A stretch of 64,000 nucleotides of DNA from Amoebophrya sp. A120. Its lineage: Eukaryota > Protista > Dinoflagellata. Of this stretch, positions 58,901 through 64,000 are shown one piece after another. Numbering within the stretch: the first letter of the stretch is position 1; each line of letters begins with the position of its first letter. A program made the position numbers and the translations under genes. The notes beneath the pieces are model-generated. The model saw nothing but the letters and a program-made list of their open reading frames with translations. It was not told where the DNA came from and ran no database searches. The stretch covers positions 1,403,440 through 1,467,439 of the forward strand of contig CAJINV010000015.1 in NCBI GenBank assembly GCA_905178155.1. Direction: 5' to 3'.

Positions 58901-61900
58901 AGGACCTTTTGGGGCTTGTTGCGTGCACATACTTTTTGCGACATATGGTGCCCGCAAGATATGCTCTGTAGCTCATCGGGATTGTTTTCTCCCGTTGCCC
59001 GCTCTTTTTTTCGGGGTTTGGCACGTGCACTACGTATGGTTCTCTTCTTTTTCGTATGCCCGGAACCTTTACGAACTAGTTCGTGAACTGGGGTACACTC
59101 TCGAACCGATTCACATGTTAGCAAGGACAATCGCATCACTAATTCGTCTGCTTATCCTGTTGACAGCATTACAAATTCCAAAACGCGTGGAGATGCCTCT
59201 CATGGAGATGCGCATCGCAAATCTTCCTGTAATCGCAAATCTGCATGACAACCATGGGGTGGGGACGTTTTCACATAGGATAGTACCTGTGCCACCGCGA
59301 GATGCAGGACCTGTGCAACGAAAATCGCGCGGACCCGTTTGACGTGAGTCCTTTGACGTGCCTGCGGAACGTATGGATGTGTCAGGTTTGAAATCATCAA
59401 AGTTGAACTAGTTTGTGATGCATAAAATGCAACCCACAAAATGCCTGTCTTGCAGAGTAGGCAAGGGAGGCCGATTGTAAGCCTGTTCGGGGGTAGACAT
59501 AGAGCTGCTAAAGCAGCATGACAAAAGGCGTCTTTCTTACCCAAACAGCATTACAAACTGGATTTCGGCCCTACCCAAATTTGTCATGCGCCAGTAGCAC
59601 AGTCTGTTTATGTCATGTGTATCAGTTCAACTGGTCCCGCGGTTCAACAATGTACCTACCAGTTCAATAGCGCCCCGGGGCCTAAATATTCTAGAACAAA
59701 CAGGGCATTTGATATGCTCAGCGCCAAAAAAATATGCGGGTGGGGGAAGAAGTAGGGGGGGCGTTCCTGACCCAAAGGTACGCTCCTGATCTCTCTGGTA
59801 CTTACTCGACCCGGGGGGTCAGGTATTACCTGACCCCCGGTTCGGGTCTGTACCTGCAATGCCGCAGCGCCGTCGTTTTAGATGGTGCTGCGGCACAGCA
59901 TCGCGCACCGTGATGGGAACCACAGGCCTCAAGTCTGTCACTACAGAAAAAAGCAGCCACGACTGCGATCGGTCCTAGCGTTCGCCCGTTTTCTGTTTGA
60001 AACCAGTGCCACGCGCACAGCTTCAGTCTTCGCGTGCCCATTCATCGGAAGCACCGTTCCGAAATCGTGTGGCCGCCAGCCGTCCCACCGTAACCCCACA
60101 AACCAAAATCGCGCGCGCGCGCGCCAAAAGAGTCGCTTGCGCCTGTCGTGGGCCTTCGTGCCTCACAAACCAAAATCGCGCGCGCGCGCGCCAAAAGAGT
60201 CGCTTGCGCCTGCCGTGTGGCCCTTCTGCTTCTTTGATCGCGCGCCGCGTCCCGGTGTGGGCTCCGCCGTTCCTTGGTGCTCGCCTCCTTTGTTGCGCCT
60301 CCTCGCGGGCCGCTTTTTCTGTCAGTCTTTTTCTTTTTTTTTTGCTCTTTTGCAGCTTTCTTACTACTTTTTTTGGCCCACCTCAGGCATTTCGTTTTTT
60401 TTCAATTCGGCGCTCCACCTGTACACGTCGGCGCAGCACTGTTTCTGCGCACTTAGTGTTGCTCCAACCTTCTCCCGTGCGCATACTTTTTGCGCCATAT
60501 GGTTCCCGCAAGATATGCTCTGCCGCTCATCGAGATTGCTTTCAACCTTTTCCCGCTCTTTTTTTTTGGGATTTGCTACGAGAACTAGTACTATGTATGG
60601 TTCTGCTCTTTTTCGTATGCCCGGAACCTTCGCGAACTAGTTCGCGAACTGGGGTACACTCTCGAACCGATTCACATGCGCCACTTGGAAACTGGGCTCC
60701 AACTGGCATCCGTTTTGTGCATCACAAATTATTTCAACTTTGTCAATTTCGATCCTAACACATCCATACAACGCGCTGGAGAAGGACGTGGCGTCGGGCA
60801 CCGCCGGCGGTCCCAGTGCGCTGGTTTCGGGGCAGTGCAAGGAGGCCATGGACCTGACGCACAAGTTTGTGAACGGGCTCAACGCCGTATGAGAATGCAC
60901 AACCCCCCCTCCCCCTCATTCGTATTGCATGAACAGCGATACAAACTCCAGCACACGTGGAGCCTGTGCATGACAAATTCATGCGCCTAGTGTAGTAGTA
61001 CTGTTTGGGCTTCCCGAATCTGTCATGCAAACAGTGCCACAGGGAAGCACTTGGGTTTGGTGGTTTGCATGACAAATGAGGGGGAGGGGGAGTTGTGCAC
61101 TTTTATACTCCGCGGACCACAAGATTTCCATCGTCGACAAAAACACGAACCAGGAGGTCATGCTATTACAGTGAAAAATGCGTCCACACCGGATTTTGCA
61201 CAAGTTTCTGATGCCAAGTTTCCACATGAAAACTTTTTGTCTTGCATGAAAGGAGTACGAGTCTTTTTGATGCAGAATCTAGACACGCAGGGTATCTTTT
61301 GCATAACAGACCCGGCTGGTTCTGGGCTCTTTGCAATACAAATTTGGGCTGTTTAGCATGGAAAATTTGTGATGCTGATCTGGTAACCAAAGCGTGCGCA
61401 AGCGCTCGCAAGAGCGCTTTGCGCGCGGGCTTGCCCGCGCGCAAAGCGCTCTTTGCGAGATGCTCATCCATCGCAAACGCAGCGCGAAGGCTTTGCCGTT
61501 GCCATATGGGAGGGACTCGGGAGTATGCAATCACTCGCAAAATCGGGCATTTCCAAGCGTGTTTTGCCGCCAGAAAGGGGATCTGAGAAAATTTGCGTAA
61601 GTTTTGCCGAAAGCAGCCAAAACAGTAATTATCAAGCGGGGAGAGGGTAAAAAAGAGAAGTTTTATTGCTCCGCCCGGTCTGAATCTGAAAAAAGATATT
61701 GGCGTTTTCGGCTAGGGCCGACGGTGTGATGCGTTTTATAGCGGAAAATGCGTCACGTGCAGGCAGCTCCGGCCGCTTAGAAATTGAAAAAAATTGCGAA
61801 AAAAACGCTATTTTTCGCAGCATGCAAGCGGCCGACTAAATTTACCGATTTTCTCCAGTTCCCGGAAACCGCTTGAAAATTGAAAATGACAATTTTTGCT

Positions 61901-63426
61901 GAAAAAGCAAAAGCCGCTTGAAAATTGCCGCTCAAAAGTGGTTTTCAAATTTGTCCGGAGGCCCGTGGCACCGGTTTTGGACGACAAAAAAACAACTATC
62001 AAGCCTGTGGAGGTGTGTCCACCCCCCACGGTTTTCGACGTGTATGAAGGCCAGAATTGCGATCCTCCTCCCGCTTGGAAATGCCCGATCTGGGTGGCCC
62101 AAAAGGGCTGCCAGAAATGGCGAGAGTTGTTTAATTTTTTGAAGTTTGCGCATTTTCCCGGGCCAGCGTGCCGCCGTGCATAACGTTATGCGCGATGGAG
62201 TGCTGCTCGCCAAAAAACGCAGTCTTTTGCGCGCCCTTGCTTCCTGGTTAGAGGATGAGAGCGCGGCCCGAAGCGGGCTGCAGTGTTGGACCGCGGCCCT
62301 TGGGCCGCGGTCCAAGAGTGGTGCCCGCGAGGGCCGCGCTCTCATCCTCTAACCAGGAAGTCAAGGGATGCGCGGTAGCCTTCGCGCTGATTGGGGCGCT
62401 TCGCACGCTTTTGGTTACCAATATCGCCCTCCGGGCGCGACCTTAATATATGCAAGACGGGGAATGTTTCTACTGGAAAGGTTTGCAATGCAAATGCAGC
62501 CAAATGCTGGGGTGGGGGAATTTTTCATTTCAATACATGCAGCTGGATCCGCACGCCGGGCACTCCATCGCGAGTCTGGACGCCGCGGCGCGGTCGCAAC
62601 AGAGCTGTCTGCTTCCGCTCGGCTGCCTGCTGATTTTCGTGCTTTTGGTCTCCGTCGTGATGAACAAATCGCCGGTTTTATCCTGGGTAAAAACGTCCAC
62701 ACCCCAAAGTTGTCATGCAAATCTGCAAGCCTAGAAGATTTCTCATGCGCAGCCCCATGAGGACCAACTTGTGTTGCTACCTGGGTGGAGTTTGTCATGC
62801 TGACATCAGGATAAGGCAGTCGATTTGTGATGCGTTTTCAATAGCTCAGAACCGCACCACACCACGAGTCCAAGCTTGCCATGCGCAACAGCCAAAACTT
62901 GTTGATTTGTGTAGCAAAATCGCACACTTGACACTCTTGGGGACGTTTTTACACATGATACGTGTTCCGCACGCGCGTCGAAGCTGCGGTGCAGAACGTG
63001 CTGCACAGTATGGTGATATGCATTGCAAAAGCATCCTACTAGTAGTAATCGCAGTCATGCATTACAAATTGTTTTCTTTGGGTAAACCCGCATTACATTC
63101 TCATGCTGAGGAAATTTGTCATGCGGTTTATACTAGTACGATGGTTTTTCACAGGATAGGTGAACTCCGGCAACAACAGTCCCCACAACAATTACCGCAA
63201 CCAGAACGTCAACAACGCCTTTTTCACTGATGTGATGGTGTCGCCCAAAGGCGCCAGCGGGTCGTCCAGCCGAAGCAGCTTCCCGCACAATCCCGCACTG
63301 AGCATGGCCAAAACTACGACGAGGAGCGACAGGGGAGAACCGGCAGGGGAAGCGAAGCCGCTTACCTCGGCGGTTTCCCCGAACTCCTTGCGGAAGAAGG
63401 ATGATGACCTGGATGTGGTGTTGTGA
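55985..63426 (+). CDS. Secretory-pathway type I membrane protein with Cys-rich GLG1-like repeats (~462 aa, 9 exons)
   Basis: Signal-like N-terminus; repeats HPCDAILEKVC...IHCLAEHRESNSPEC and YLCHREMQDLC...LTCLRN...GQCKEA; TM LLPLGCLLIFVLLVSVVM; removing 7 introners and GT-AG intron 56764-56938 gives a 1389-nt frame. Confidence 0.75.
56402..56662. mobile_element. Introner family A
   Basis: Family A TIR; DR cgcca. Confidence 0.92.
57229..58285. mobile_element. Nested TG...CA element Y, copy 1 (1057 bp)
   Basis: Ends tgtatcagttcaa/tcgaaccgattca; CATG on both sides. Confidence 0.85.
58362..59113. mobile_element. Nested element Y, copy 2 (752 bp, diverged, internally deleted)
   Basis: Same termini; CATG on both sides. 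Confidence 0.85.
59372..60768. mobile_element. Introner family H (inverted relative to 26578) with nested element Y
   Basis: Family H TIR; DR gaacg/caacg. Confidence 0.88.
59618..60674. mobile_element. Nested element Y, copy 3 (appears identical to copy 1)
   Basis: Offset 2389 from copy 1; CATG on both sides; different host element. Confidence 0.85.
60888..61107. mobile_element. Introner family C (inverted relative to 692)
   Basis: Family C TIR; DR cgccg/ctccg. Confidence 0.88.
61164..62535. mobile_element. Introner family I (inverted relative to 42078) with a nested 1.07-kb element
   Basis: Family I TIR; DR catgc. Confidence 0.85.
61380..62447. mobile_element. Non-autonomous Helentron/Helitron2-like element (tentative)
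   Basis: Absent from the family I copy at 42078; asymmetric IR tggtaaccaaagcgtgcg (61381) / cgcacgcttttggttacca (to 62420), followed by a gccctccgggc hairpin; no clear TSD. Confidence 0.55.
62679..62960. mobile_element. Introner family B (diverged)
   Basis: Family B-like TIR; DR ggttt/cgtgt. Confidence 0.85.
63017..63158. mobile_element. Introner family D
   Basis: Family D TIR; DR ggtga. Confidence 0.88.
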
Positions 63427-64000
63427 GTAGGAGCTAAAAATAGTGTCCTTGATCATGAAAACGCGTCGGCTTCCTTGTTGTATATCTACCGACGACGAGT
63501 TTTCTGTTACCACATCAAACGATTTTTGTTCAAAGAAAAGCGATTTGTCTTCAACAAGTTTATCAACTCCAAGTTTATTGATCAACTTTAACTTTAACAT
63601 TGGATTTCAAGAGTTGCATTTTAACGCTACTTCGCAGTACAGAGTTGTTCGGATTATATGCTATGCAGGAGAGCAGGAAGTACTCCGCTTTATTTCAACT
63701 TTGTATCTTCAACCACTTTATTATTAATATTATTACATGATGGATTGCACACTGACACTGTACAAATTTTTATGCTTATTTCACAGTTCGACTTCGATCG
63801 TTCCTCTTTCTTTTCACTCGTGTTGTACGTCTTTACAACCGGCCCGTTTGAGAATCAAAATGTACATAAATTTTCACCTTGAAAAACAGCCCGTTTGGAA
63901 AACAGCCAAAGAGTGGATACCTTCGAAATGAAATGGACCTGTATACAACCACATGGAGAGCGCGAGATATCGATTGAAAGCTGTACTAGAGGAATCAAGG

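Larger units (their letters stand above)
57114..59282. mobile_element. Introner family B (inverted) expanded to 2.2 kb by nested elements
   Basis: Family B TIRs at both ends; DR gtacc. Confidence 0.88.

Noticed and set aside
57493-60758. 238-253 aa ORFs in element Y as a transposase or Gag
   Set aside because: Phe/Arg-rich translations of T-runs and GC repeats, no DDE or zinc-knuckle motif, and deleted in copy 2

Overview
Eukaryotic (alveolate-like) genomic DNA with about nine protein-coding genes, all on the + strand. The architecture matches what has been reported for the parasitic dinoflagellate Amoebophrya; that assignment is an inference. Recognisable genes are a farnesyltransferase beta subunit, an NPRL3/Npr3-like GATOR1 subunit, a ~3000-aa low-complexity KH-domain protein, an SLC25 mitochondrial carrier, a Cys-rich (GLG1-repeat-like) membrane protein and a probable mitochondrial protein. 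The dominant feature is about 45 non-redundant, mostly 140-330 bp MITE-like elements in at least 10 families. They start TAT and end ATA, carry 20-45 bp terminal inverted repeats (TIRs) and 5-bp direct repeats (DRs), lack GT-AG ends, sit in either orientation and occur only inside coding sequence. Removing each element plus one DR restores a continuous reading frame, so they behave as transposon-derived non-canonical introns (introners). Ten ordinary GT-AG introns coexist with them and share a TGTNATGC motif. A second tier of elements is nested inside the introners: a TG...CA element that duplicates CATG (3 copies), a Helentron-like hairpin-rich element, and short insertions with 6-18 bp duplications. 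A 6.36-kb exact duplication across an N is most likely an assembly artefact.
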